From: Anaerohalosphaeraceae bacterium
GTDB taxonomy: Bacteria; Planctomycetota; Phycisphaerae; Sedimentisphaerales; Anaerohalosphaeraceae
Length of the DNA: 64,000 nucleotides
Assembly: GCA_963675525.2 (NCBI GenBank)
Contig: CAXXSL010000011.1
Span: forward strand, 256,001-320,000
Direction: 5' to 3'
Shown here piece after piece: positions 21,779-31,589 of this stretch; position 1 is the first letter of the stretch; the number at the start of each line of letters is the position of its first letter. The position numbers and the translations under genes were made by a program. The notes under the pieces were generated by a model. That model was given only the letters and a program-made list of their open reading frames with translations. It was not told the DNA's origin and ran no database searches.

Positions 21779-21807
21779 TAAGACGCTGGCACAGTAGAGG
21801 TGTTTCA
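21779..21807 (-). promoter_or_regulatory. ECF-type promoter TGAAAC-N16-CGTCT
   Basis: Minus strand TGAAACA-cctctactgtgcc-AGCGTCTTA upstream of the NfeD gene; same boxes and spacing as 10049-10077. Confidence 0.7.
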
Positions 21808-22086
21808 GAAAAAAGAAAATTTGTCGAAAAATAGCTTTTTTTCCGTGCTGGCCCTGTTCTGGCCGATGAAAGTAAACTCCGATAAGGGGCTTTTTCAGAA
21901 AAATAAATGGCCTTTTTTATCCGGACTTTTGTGCTTTTAAAAAGTGAAAAACTGTATTTCTGCCAATAAGACGACCTTTTAGTAAAAAACTAATAAAATC
22001 CTAACTTTGCATTTATTTGTCCCCGTTATAGAATATATATCTTACACTTTATAGAGAAACCGTAAGCTCTGAGGGGGGCCTGAGAT

Positions 22087-22953
22087 ATGAAAACCAAACT
22101 ATACATTTTATTGATGATTGCCGCGACAGCGGCAGGTTATACACACGGTCAACAGGTATCGTCTGAGGAGGGTGCGACCGGGCCCTGTCTGAGTCTGAAT
22201 TATCATCCCAATCTACCCGGGCAGTCAAACCCTGTTGATTGCTTCATGTATTTTGTACCCCTGACCTCCCTGACATCCGTTACCGTTTCCACCGCTCCCG
22301 AGACAACCTTTTCCGCAAACATTACCAGTTGGAAAACCGAAGAGCGTGGAAAGACGGTTCGTGTGAAATGTAATTTCGAAATTACCGGCGACGGCAATTA
22401 TTCGGCATCTTATAATCCTGAGGAGATGATCAAAAATCAGCTCCTGCGAAAAAAGAACCCCGGTGAAATCACCAAACTGCTGGACTCGATTTGCATCACC
22501 GGCTCCTGTAAGGGGCGGATTGAAGGCATCGGCAAAGTTAATGGCGACAGTATTCTAATGGAGCAGGTCGAAGTTTCATTTAATCGGGACAATACCGAAA
22601 GCCCCGTCGAAATCAGTATCTACGACATTTCCAAAGAAAACGGCACCTTTCTCTATGAAAACCGCACAAATTGCCAAGTGGCCCGAGTTAATTCACTGAC
22701 ATTCAAACAGGACAAAAACGGAAATCCCAGCATGTCAGTGGAAATCGCTTCGTTGAAAAAAGCGAAGGCCAAAGAAGGCGTTTTTTCGAAACTGACCGCG
22801 ATGATTGCCAATATCCTGTTGACCTCGACGCCCGTTGACCCCGTCGGCAACGCCACCCTAATGGACTTCAGCACGGCACTATACAAGAAAAAACCCATGT
22901 TCGTTTTCCCTTATGCCGATAACATCAAAATGCGGCAGGTGTCAAAACTTTAG
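22087..22953 (+). CDS. Hypothetical exported protein
   Basis: 288-aa ORF with GAGGGGG RBS and a signal-peptide-like N-terminus; no recognised motif. Confidence 0.65.
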   Translation: MKTKLYILLMIAATAAGYTHGQQVSSEEGATGPCLSLNYHPNLPGQSNPVDCFMYFVPLTSLTSVTVSTAPETTFSANITSWKTEERGKTVRVKCNFEITGDGNYSASYNPEEMIKNQLLRKKNPGEITKLLDSICITGSCKGRIEGIGKVNGDSILMEQVEVSFNRDNTESPVEISIYDISKENGTFLYENRTNCQVARVNSLTFKQDKNGNPSMSVEIASLKKAKAKEGVFSKLTAMIANILLTSTPVDPVGNATLMDFSTALYKKKPMFVFPYADNIKMRQVSKL

Positions 22954-23813
22954 TCGCCCAACTGGCCGGGACGGCAAATCGCGTTGGCCACTTTCACCAC
23001 ATCGGCAATCTGCAGAACATCATGAACGCGTACAATCGAGACGCCCTTTTCGATCGCCAGAGTCACTGTCGCGGCGGTGCCGAATATCCGGTCCGCAGCT
23101 TTGTCTCTGCCGGTCAACTCTCCGATGAAGCGTTTGCGGCTGGTGCCGATGAGTACGCGGTAACCCATATCACAGAACAATTCCATACGATTGAGCAATT
23201 GTAAATTATGTTCTGTTGTCTTGCCGAAACCAATGCCGGGGTCGATAAAAATGCATTCCGGTTGAACGCCTGCATTTTCAGCAGATTTGGCCCGCTCCAT
23301 CAGGAACTCAGCCACCTCGGAAACCACGTCATCATAATGCGGGTCGGCCTGCATCGTCTGCGGGGTCCCCTGCATGTGCATCAAAATCACCGGCACCTGA
23401 CAGGCAACTGCTGTCTGCGCCATGTTGTCATCGGCCAATGCACTAATGTCGTTAATGATGGATGCCCCGGCTTCGATGGCAGCCTGAGCAACATCCGGGT
23501 TTTTCGTGTCGATGCTGATGGGACTATCGATCTTCTTCGACAATTTTTTGATAACCGGAACGGCACGTTTGATCTGCTCATCTTTGGATACCGATTCGGA
23601 ACCCGGCCGGGTGGATTCCGGGCCGACATCGATGATCGCCGCGCCCTGGGCTGCCATTTCGATACCGTGAGCAACCGCTTTATCGACATCCAGGAATTGC
23701 CCGCCGTCACTGAAGGAATCCGGCGTGACATTTAGAATACCCATCACAAGGCAGCCGCCGGAGAAATCCAGTTTGCCCTTCGGCCATTCAATTATGTCCG
23801 GCAATTTTTTCAT
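22950..23813 (-). CDS. folP: Dihydropteroate synthase
   Basis: MGILNVTPDSFSDGG, ESTRPG, MHMQGTPQTMQ, DPGIGFGKT, SRKRFIG, IVRVHDV. Confidence 0.97.
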   Translation of the reverse strand: MKKLPDIIEWPKGKLDFSGGCLVMGILNVTPDSFSDGGQFLDVDKAVAHGIEMAAQGAAIIDVGPESTRPGSESVSKDEQIKRAVPVIKKLSKKIDSPISIDTKNPDVAQAAIEAGASIINDISALADDNMAQTAVACQVPVILMHMQGTPQTMQADPHYDDVVSEVAEFLMERAKSAENAGVQPECIFIDPGIGFGKTTEHNLQLLNRMELFCDMGYRVLIGTSRKRFIGELTGRDKAADRIFGTAATVTLAIEKGVSIVRVHDVLQIADVVKVANAICRPGQLGD

Positions 23814-23827
23814 TTCACTTTCTTTTC

Positions 23828-23897
23828 TGTCATGCCGGACTTGACCCGGCATCCAGTTGGCATCCTACTGGGCCCCGGTTTGGAGGCCGGGGTGACA
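23828..23897. repeat. REP/REPIN-like paired palindrome
   Basis: TGTCA-tgccgg(acttgac)ccggca-TCCAGT...ACTGG-gccccgg(tttggagg)ccgggg-TGACA between pdxB and folP. Confidence 0.7.
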
Positions 23898-23905
23898 TGT
23901 TAGAG

Positions 23906-25066
23906 TCATCTTTTTACTTTAAAACCAATACCGATCAGTTTTTTGACCAGGTTGCTTTGCGTATCGCGCGGCAAAACAGTTGTATTCTGAAACTCCCGGC
24001 GTACGGGGTAATTCTTTCGCAGACCGTCAAACCAGTCACCTTGTTCGCTTTCGGGCTGCAGGAGAATCTCCCGCATATTGAAATCGTCGCGGTTGATGAC
24101 ATAGACCTGCTGGACGGTGTCGTGGATAATGTGTTCTTCGCCGGCGGCAAGTTGGTCGTCGGTAATGTGAATTTCGGGGACTTCGGGCGCGGGCAGAAAA
24201 TCCTGCACTGTTTTTACGGCTTCAAGTTTGAAATGTTGACACATCGCCTGATAAATCATGACCATGCCCACGACCTTGCCGTCAAACGAATAGCCCGCGA
24301 TGTGCGGTGTGGAGATGTCAACCTTTTTCAGAAGCCACGGGTCCACGTTCGGTTCGGTCTCCCAGACATCCAATACGACGGCGGAAAGCCTGCCGGACTG
24401 CATCGCTTTTTTCAATGCGACTTCGTCCTGCACCTTGCCGCGGGCCGAGTTCAGGAAAACCGTACCTTCCTTCATCGAGGCAAAGAATGTTTCATCGGCC
24501 AGATGAAAGGTTTTGTCGGGGCCGTCTTTGGTCAGCGGAGTATGCATCGTCACAAAGTCACAGGCGAAGACTTCATCCAGCGGACGGTATTTCGCATCGC
24601 CGGTTTGTCTTTGCAACGGCGGATCGTTCAAGACAACCTTCATACCGAGCGCCCGGCATTTGGCTTCGACCCGGCTGCCGACATTGCCAACGCCGACAAT
24701 GCCGATGGATTTGCCTTCCAGCTGAAAATTCTGTTTTTTGCCCAGCACTAATAACGCCGCGACGATGTATTCGGCGACACTGTTGGCATTGGAACCGGGC
24801 GCCGAGGCAAAGCCGATGCCTTTGGCGGCCAGGTAGTCCTGATCGACATGCTCAGTGCCAATGGTGGCGGTGGCGACGAATTTAACGTTGCTGCCTTCGA
24901 GCAGTCCGGCGTTGACTTTCGTGATACTGCGCACCAGCAGTGCATCGGCCTCTTTAACAATATCGGGTGTAATCTGCCTGCCACCGACAAGTGTCACCTG
25001 CCCTATCGACGAAAAACACGCTTCCACAAACGGGATATTCTGATCGGCAATAATCTTCATACTCAC
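23906..25066 (-). CDS. pdxB: 4-phosphoerythronate dehydrogenase
   Basis: KIIADQNIP, ADALLVRSITKV, TATIGTEHVD, APGSNANSVAEY, GVGNVG, LDVWETEP, TPHIAGYSFDGK, LRKNYPVRREF. Confidence 0.95.
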   Translation of the reverse strand: MSMKIIADQNIPFVEACFSSIGQVTLVGGRQITPDIVKEADALLVRSITKVNAGLLEGSNVKFVATATIGTEHVDQDYLAAKGIGFASAPGSNANSVAEYIVAALLVLGKKQNFQLEGKSIGIVGVGNVGSRVEAKCRALGMKVVLNDPPLQRQTGDAKYRPLDEVFACDFVTMHTPLTKDGPDKTFHLADETFFASMKEGTVFLNSARGKVQDEVALKKAMQSGRLSAVVLDVWETEPNVDPWLLKKVDISTPHIAGYSFDGKVVGMVMIYQAMCQHFKLEAVKTVQDFLPAPEVPEIHITDDQLAAGEEHIIHDTVQQVYVINRDDFNMREILLQPESEQGDWFDGLRKNYPVRREFQNTTVLPRDTQSNLVKKLIGIGFKVKR

Positions 25067-25420
25067 ATTGTATCCTATACCTTTATTGGTTTTTAAGCCT
25101 ACTTTTTACACTTTTGTTGAAATAACACCCGAGCATTATACAGAAATACATATACATTGGCAACTATGTTCCAAAACCATCTACCCGCTCTTAAAATGAG
25201 TCTTTCCTCAAGGATTATGGGATATGTTAACCCGAGTTAACAGACAATCTCTGCATTATACTTCTGTAATCTATGAACTGTTTTAGACTGAGTATTCGTA
25301 ATAATATTGACAAAGAATTCAAATTTTTATTGAAATGGTTTGCCGTTTCCATCATAATAAAATTGTACAGTACATGACTGATTATTATTTTAACGTTTAT
25401 CTTTTTCGATGGGGGTTGTG

Positions 25421-27196
25421 ATGAAAAAGTTTTCAGCGTTTTTTGTCGTCGTCGTATTATTTTTAAACAGTTTATCACTTGCCGTCATTCCCGAACACCA
25501 GGCCATCACTGAGTACAACGGTCCGGCAACCTGCATTGAATGTCACGATGTCGAGGCCGAAAGCATGTTTACTTCCGTTCACTATCAATGGACCGGCCCG
25601 ACGCCAAATGTTCCCAATATCCCAGCCAATGCAGGCAAGGCCGATCTCGGTTTCAATACCTATTGCGGCAGTGTCGTCAGTTCCCCCCGTGCAACGTGTG
25701 CATCCTGTCATGTCGGCTACGGCAACACCCCCAGCGCGACAATGAGCTATCGGCAATTGGCAAATATTGACTGCCTAATGTGTCATCAGGATCAATACCA
25801 GCGGAAGCTGGTCGATCCATATCCCGTGGGTGATTTCAATTGGGATCGCTATGTCGATACACTTGACCTGTCGATATTCGGCAACCACTGGTTATTAATG
25901 GACTGCTCCCTGCCATTAGGATGCGGCCTGTCCGACTTAACGAATAATCGCGATGTTGACCTGCATGATTACTCAATTTTCTCGCAGCATTGGGGCGACT
26001 GTACCGATGCGGATGCGCCGTGTAATTCTACCGGGGGCTTTGCCCAGAAGACATTTACTGATTACCAGGGAACCGAACACACATGGAACCTGCCGGTCCA
26101 TGACGACGACGGCAGTTTTCAATACGGGCCGGACGAGACAGCGATGGGGATCACCGCGGTCGAGGCGGCACAGACCGTACACTTGCCGACGCGGGCATCG
26201 TGCCTGCGGTGTCATGCGTATGCTGCGGGAACCAATTGCGGTAAACGGGGTGACATCTCCACCGCCAGTATCAGTCCGCCGGCGAATCTGGACGTTCATA
26301 TGTCACCGGATGCCGAGGGTGAAAATATGAGCTGTCAGGATTGCCACGAATACGATAATCACCATGTACTTGGACGAGGACTGGACCTGCGGCCAAACGA
26401 CCGGCCCGAGCGACTGACCTGTACGAATTGTCATAATTCCCAGCCGCATGACTCAACGCAACTCAATCAACACACGGTTCGGGTTGCCTGCCAGACATGC
26501 CATATTCCAACGTATGCGAAAATGGGTTTCAGTACAGAGGTCGAACGCAACTGGGAGCACCCGCATTGGGCGGCCGGACTGTTTGGTGGTCAAGGCGGCT
26601 ACAAGCCCGAGGAACTTCGCGACAGCAATCTGACACCGACGTATGCATGGTTTGACGGCACCAGCAATGTCTATGCACGCGGAGAGGTGATTGTTCAAAA
26701 CGCAATGGGATACTATGAGATGGGCAGCCCGAACGGCGATGTCAATTCGGCCGGCGCGCAAATTTATCCCATGAAGGAACATATCTCCAACTCAGCCCGC
26801 CACGATACGACCGGGCAACTGGTCCCCCACTCGACGTTTAAGTATTTCGTGACCGGAGATTTCAACCAAGCGGTTGCCGACGGCATGGCCTTCGCGGGTC
26901 TGACCGGAAGCTGGACGCTAGTGCCGGTCCATACCTATCAGACGATCAATCATGGCGTGGAACCGTCAGACAATGCGTTGGCGTGCGGACAGTGTCATGA
27001 CTCACTCGGCAGCCAAACGTTGCGGATGGACCTGCAGGGCGAACTGGGCTACGAACTCAAACCTGGCCTGTCGAACGGCAACTGCACGATCTGCCATGAA
27101 CGCAAAGAAGTCAAACCGTTCAAAACCATCCATGACATCCACGTCAAGGACAAGGGCTATGACTGCTCCTGGTGCCATAATTTCTCACGGCTCTAA
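25421..27196 (+). CDS. Exported OTR-like multiheme cytochrome c (10 CxxCH) with inserted dockerin-like domain
   Basis: Signal peptide; CIECH, CASCH, CLMCH, CLRCH, CQDCH, CTNCH, CQTCH, CGQCH, CTICH, CSWCH; OTR-type SVHYQW, GK...NTYC, KRGD, DVHM, INHGV. Confidence 0.88.
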   Translation: MKKFSAFFVVVVLFLNSLSLAVIPEHQAITEYNGPATCIECHDVEAESMFTSVHYQWTGPTPNVPNIPANAGKADLGFNTYCGSVVSSPRATCASCHVGYGNTPSATMSYRQLANIDCLMCHQDQYQRKLVDPYPVGDFNWDRYVDTLDLSIFGNHWLLMDCSLPLGCGLSDLTNNRDVDLHDYSIFSQHWGDCTDADAPCNSTGGFAQKTFTDYQGTEHTWNLPVHDDDGSFQYGPDETAMGITAVEAAQTVHLPTRASCLRCHAYAAGTNCGKRGDISTASISPPANLDVHMSPDAEGENMSCQDCHEYDNHHVLGRGLDLRPNDRPERLTCTNCHNSQPHDSTQLNQHTVRVACQTCHIPTYAKMGFSTEVERNWEHPHWAAGLFGGQGGYKPEELRDSNLTPTYAWFDGTSNVYARGEVIVQNAMGYYEMGSPNGDVNSAGAQIYPMKEHISNSARHDTTGQLVPHSTFKYFVTGDFNQAVADGMAFAGLTGSWTLVPVHTYQTINHGVEPSDNALACGQCHDSLGSQTLRMDLQGELGYELKPGLSNGNCTICHERKEVKPFKTIHDIHVKDKGYDCSWCHNFSRL

Positions 27197-27215
27197 CGCA
27201 ACCAGAGCATGGGGT

Positions 27216-27848
27216 TTAGGCCTGCCCTAAATCTCGAAGATGCTTAATCGCATCCGGCTCCAGAGGCTTGGCTTTGGGATTCGTCAGTAAAATTTGGCAG
27301 GCCATCTCAAAAAAGACGGCCTGTTGGATTGCGTCGTTGATGTTTTTGGCGATGGTAACAAGGCCGTGATTTTTCAGAATCGCCAGGTGTGTTTGAGCAT
27401 CTTTAAACACCTCGATCACAGCCTGAGCCAGTTGGGGCGAACCGGGCGGCAGGTACGGTACCACGGCGGGCGTTCCAATATAAACCGGCCCTTCAATCGT
27501 CAGATTGTAATCGTGCGTTTCGGGCTTGCCGCAAGAGATGGCCGTCGCATACGGGCTTTGAAAATGCAGGACGACATTCGTTTCGGGACGGCTTTTCAAA
27601 ATACCCAGATGGAACACGCTTTCACAGCTCGGCGTTTTGTCATTGATGCATTTGCCGGTTGAAATTTCACAGACGGCCGTCTGTTCGGCCGTTATTTCAC
27701 TCAGCCATGACCGGCTGGCCGAAAGCAGTGCGATATCCGGCTCGATCCGCCACGACAGGTTACCGCTGCTGCACCGCACCAAATCATACGCCGCAACTTT
27801 ATGACAGGCCGCAACAAAATCCTGTATTTTCGACTCATATACACTCAT
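27216..27848 (-). CDS. Class II aldolase/adducin family protein
   Basis: CSSGNLSWR, PSCESVFHLGI, VLHFQSPYAT, LKNHGLV. Confidence 0.9.
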   Translation of the reverse strand: MSVYESKIQDFVAACHKVAAYDLVRCSSGNLSWRIEPDIALLSASRSWLSEITAEQTAVCEISTGKCINDKTPSCESVFHLGILKSRPETNVVLHFQSPYATAISCGKPETHDYNLTIEGPVYIGTPAVVPYLPPGSPQLAQAVIEVFKDAQTHLAILKNHGLVTIAKNINDAIQQAVFFEMACQILLTNPKAKPLEPDAIKHLRDLGQA

Positions 27849-27892
27849 GCGATCTCCATTGGATAATATTAGCGGCCGCCATCATACCCCAT

Positions 27893-28696
27893 TTATACCT
27901 TTTTCGCAACGGCCTTGAACCAGGTATAGAAAAACGTGCCTTCATCAATCTCATCCACACGGGATAGATCGGCGATGCCCTGCCGGTACATGTTTTCGGG
28001 CACAAGTTTGTTTTTCAGGATCGTTTCTTCGGCGGACTGCACCATGGGCACGATGATATGATTGACCATGCCGTCGCGCAGTGCGGGTTTGAGTTTGTCG
28101 GCATAGAGCCACGCCGGAACGCAGCTTTGCAGATTCAATCCGGCTTCGGTCACCAATGGCGTCAGTCTGCGTCCAATGTTGGGATCGTGGCCGATGTTGC
28201 GCTGGGCGGTAATGAGGCCGTTCCATGCGGCGATGGACTCAGGCGTTTCCGGATGCCAGAAGCAGGAACCGTGGTCGCCCTCGATGACGGTGATGGTCCC
28301 GCCTGTTTTGAGTACGCGTTTCAGCTCGACAAGCGCTGTGACGGGGTCGTCCAGATGCTCCAGCACAAAACAGACGAAGATGTGGTCGAATGCTTCATCG
28401 GCAAAGGACAGGGTGGTGATATTCTCCTGCTGAAATGTGACATTGCCGAAACAGGCCTGCTCCTTGAGCCGTTTGGCAGTCGCCAGCGATTTTTCGGAAA
28501 TGTCAATGCAGGTATAGTCCGCATCGCTGCTTCGCTTGAGCAAAAGGCGCGTCTGCGCCCCCACGCCACAACCAGCCTCTAGTACCTTGCTGCCGGCGGG
28601 AAACTGCGTCCCGGCGTGGATAATGTCTTCCAGTATTTCAGCCTGCTCGTATAGACGCTGCGTTTCCCGCTCCGAATATCCGTGTACATATGCCAT
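27893..28696 (-). CDS. Class I SAM-dependent methyltransferase
   Basis: VLEAGCGVG, FDHIFVCFVLEHL, RVLKTGG. Confidence 0.9.
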   Translation of the reverse strand: MAYVHGYSERETQRLYEQAEILEDIIHAGTQFPAGSKVLEAGCGVGAQTRLLLKRSSDADYTCIDISEKSLATAKRLKEQACFGNVTFQQENITTLSFADEAFDHIFVCFVLEHLDDPVTALVELKRVLKTGGTITVIEGDHGSCFWHPETPESIAAWNGLITAQRNIGHDPNIGRRLTPLVTEAGLNLQSCVPAWLYADKLKPALRDGMVNHIIVPMVQSAEETILKNKLVPENMYRQGIADLSRVDEIDEGTFFYTWFKAVAKKV

Positions 28697-28779
28697 TGTT
28701 ATATCCTTTCGTCTTTGAAACGGGAATTATAGCAAAAGCTGTTTCGGACAGCGACAAAAAAACGTCTATTCCAACCAAC

Positions 28780-28814
28780 AAAAAAGGCAGACCCAATGAG
28801 TGAGCCTGCCTTTT
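28780..28814. terminator. Terminator hairpin downstream of the PEP-CTERM gene
   Basis: aaaaggcag...ctgcctttt with flanking A/T tracts. Confidence 0.65.
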
Positions 28815-28837
28815 GTAATCGCATTGCATTGCTGCCG

Positions 28838-29404
28838 TTATTTTTTTCGCCTTAGCAATACCAGAGCGCCCAGCCCCAACAGAGCCAGCGTTGCCGGTTC
28901 CGGGATGCAGGCAATGATATTATCAATAGCCAGTTCATTACCGCCGATACTGAATGAGCTGATCGGTCCGGTCGCAAAGATGGCTCCTTTGTCCCCAATA
29001 TCAACAACCGTTACCATAACCCCTCCAACCATTGTGCCGTGCAGTGCTGAAAAGCCCGCTGCACCGTGAAGATCACCGTTAATCTCGAAAATCACATCGC
29101 CGCCATATTCACCATATTGCAATGACAATCCATACAGCGGATCAATGGGGAATGCAAAGTCGAGACTGATATTGTTCAGCCATATTTCGTTACCGGTTCC
29201 GCCTGCGTCACCATCGGCTTGTACAATGGCAAACGCGGTAGCGCCCGGATCATATGTCGTGCATGTGATTTCAACACCGTCAGAACTGAACGAGTTACCG
29301 ATGATATACTGTTGAGTCAAAGGAAGATCTTCGAACATGACAACATAACCCTGAACTAAACCGCACACCATGAGAATCGAAAGGAAGAGGAAAGAACTTT
29401 TCAT
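28838..29404 (-). CDS. PEP-CTERM surface protein
   Basis: Signal peptide, C-terminal IPEPATLALLGLGALVLLRRKK; upstream TTGACA-N17-TAGGAT at 29518-29546. Confidence 0.92.
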   Translation of the reverse strand: MKSSFLFLSILMVCGLVQGYVVMFEDLPLTQQYIIGNSFSSDGVEITCTTYDPGATAFAIVQADGDAGGTGNEIWLNNISLDFAFPIDPLYGLSLQYGEYGGDVIFEINGDLHGAAGFSALHGTMVGGVMVTVVDIGDKGAIFATGPISSFSIGGNELAIDNIIACIPEPATLALLGLGALVLLRRKK

Positions 29405-30019
29405 TATGGTCCCTCACATAGAAAGCCGTAATCGACAAAAAAAGAAAAAACGATCTATTTACGAACTTTCCTTCACCCTCAATGATTGTCTTTCCACCAT
29501 CCCCAAATTGAAACTAAATCCTAACACCAACCGGGCCAATTGTCAAGAAAAAATCCAAAAATTTATCGGACATTCCTCCGGCATCCGAGTCAGCAGCACC
29601 GATCCCTCCCCTGACAGTAAAAACATTAATTACTTTAATTACATATCCGGTTTAAAAGTAATTAAAGAAAGTATAGAAATTATACTTTCCATTCTCTCCC
29701 TGACAAAGGATTCATTGTATAGTACGTAAACAACGTAAAGTACCCCCGCTTTTCAGCTCAAAAACGAAACTTTCCATACTTTCCATTGTTTTCATAGTTA
29801 GCACTCTTGCATCCACTTTAATGATTCAAATGTTGTTTTTTCGCAACATTCTGTCATACAACCGCCTAAGAAAGGGATCAATACGAAATATACGAACAAT
29901 ACCCCTGTTTTTGAGCTAAAAATAAAACTTCGTATACTTAGCATACTTTTCACTCCCCTCCGCAGCCAAATCCATCCACCTCATGTCATTCGGTGGCTGC
30001 CACCCGTCCGCAATTTTAT

Positions 30020-30529
30020 TCAATCGCCAAATAAATCAAAATATCTGCCCATGCACCATATATTATTCACAACATATAACATCATTACTATAAATACCAA
30101 AAGGGGTTTAACGGCAGGTATTGTCCGATGTTTAATCAATAAATACAGGGATAAACCAGAGACGCCTAAGAATGTAAACACACAGAAGATCAGCGGAAGG
30201 AAAGGCCATATTATAATTGAAAGATTGCACAAACCAATCCAAATACATATTATCATCAATAGATAAGTTATTTTTTCACGTTTGTAGCTATTCAAATTAA
30301 TTGCAATGAAAAATGACAAGCATGTAATTGAAGCAATAAAAATAGAAGCCATCAAATAATACTGATTGTAAGATTTAATCCACCAATCAACGTTTCTAAC
30401 CTCTTGGCCCGCAAAAGGCTCAGCCTTTTGTAAAAAATATTCATGCATGTGAAAAACGAAGAAAAAAAGAAAGATGCTAAAACACAAAAAAGCAATATTC
30501 ATAATTATTCTAAACTTGGAGATTTTCAT
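30020..30529 (-). CDS. Hypothetical AT-rich membrane protein
   Basis: About 5 TM helices; ATGA overlap with the BASS gene; much more AT-rich than its neighbours. Confidence 0.6.
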   Translation of the reverse strand: MKISKFRIIMNIAFLCFSIFLFFFVFHMHEYFLQKAEPFAGQEVRNVDWWIKSYNQYYLMASIFIASITCLSFFIAINLNSYKREKITYLLMIICIWIGLCNLSIIIWPFLPLIFCVFTFLGVSGLSLYLLIKHRTIPAVKPLLVFIVMMLYVVNNIWCMGRYFDLFGD

Positions 30530-31533
30530 TTCAACTCCCTTCTGCTTTTCCAGATTTCGGTCATGACCGAGGCGGTGATGATGCAGGCGAAGACGAAGAA
30601 GGCCGTTGGGATGGCGGCTTCGGGGCCGAAGTGTTCGATGGCCAGCACCGTGCCGAGTCCGGCGTTCTGCATCCCGATCTCGATGGACAGGGTTCGCTTT
30701 TGGCTAAACGGCATTTTGAACAATGCCCCGACGCCGTAGCCTGCGGCCATGCCGTAAATGTTCAGCAACAGCACCACCGCAATCACCGCGGCGGTGGCCT
30801 GGAGCATTTTTTCGCGGTTGGACGCGATGACCAGTGTGCAGATGAAGATAATGAATGTCACCGATATCGCAGGGAACACATCCTTGACCTTTTCGACAGC
30901 GGCGCTGAAGAAATACCGGACCGCAAAGCCCGACCCCAGCGGCAGGACGACCATGAACACGATATCGGCAAACATCTTCCAGACATCCACCGGCAGCGTT
31001 GCCCCGGCCAGCAGTTTCGTCAGCAGCGGTGTTAAAATCGGGCACAGCAGCGTCGAGACCGTCGTCAGCGAGACCGAATAGGCCACATCCGCCTTTGCGA
31101 TGTAGCTCATGACGTTGCTGCTCATGGCTCCCGGAGCGCATCCGGCGATGATAAGCCCGACCGCCATCATGTCGGGCAGGCCGAATAGTTTGGCCAGTAC
31201 AAACGCGCCGATGGGCATGATGGTGAACTGAGCCGATGAGCCGATGAGGACGATGACCGGACGTTTGGCGATATTTTTGAAATCGTTGACCGTCAGTACC
31301 GCCCCGATGCCGAACATCGTCAGCGAAAAAAACCACAGGTTGGGACTGCGCAGCGACTGGAAGACTGCGGGCCATTGAGCGGCCCCGGCACCGAACATTT
31401 TAGCCTTTGCCAAAAACACAAACGGCTGCGGAAAATAATACCCCACCACCGCAAACACCACGATCCAAAAAGCAAACAGCTTGGTGTACCAGTGCAATAC
31501 GGTTTTCAATAGATTTGATTTTTGTTGTTCCAT
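30526..31533 (-). CDS. Bile acid:sodium symporter (BASS) family transporter
   Basis: MFGIGAVLT, QFTIMPI, GCAPGAMSSNVMSYIAKADVAYSV, SIEIGMQNAGLG. Confidence 0.93.
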   Translation of the reverse strand: MEQQKSNLLKTVLHWYTKLFAFWIVVFAVVGYYFPQPFVFLAKAKMFGAGAAQWPAVFQSLRSPNLWFFSLTMFGIGAVLTVNDFKNIAKRPVIVLIGSSAQFTIMPIGAFVLAKLFGLPDMMAVGLIIAGCAPGAMSSNVMSYIAKADVAYSVSLTTVSTLLCPILTPLLTKLLAGATLPVDVWKMFADIVFMVVLPLGSGFAVRYFFSAAVEKVKDVFPAISVTFIIFICTLVIASNREKMLQATAAVIAVVLLLNIYGMAAGYGVGALFKMPFSQKRTLSIEIGMQNAGLGTVLAIEHFGPEAAIPTAFFVFACIITASVMTEIWKSRRELK

Positions 31534-31589
31534 TGGCCGCATATTCTACACGACCCCTGTCGATAATGCCAACACAGAAATCCGGTAGA

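Noticed and set aside
25307..25322. FNR-like box upstream of the cytochrome (TTGA...TCAA)
   Set aside because: The spacing is N8 rather than N6, and the TTGACA may simply be a -35 box.
29600..29955. CRISPR array or oriC
   Set aside because: No regularly spaced repeats, cas genes or DnaA-box cluster seen.
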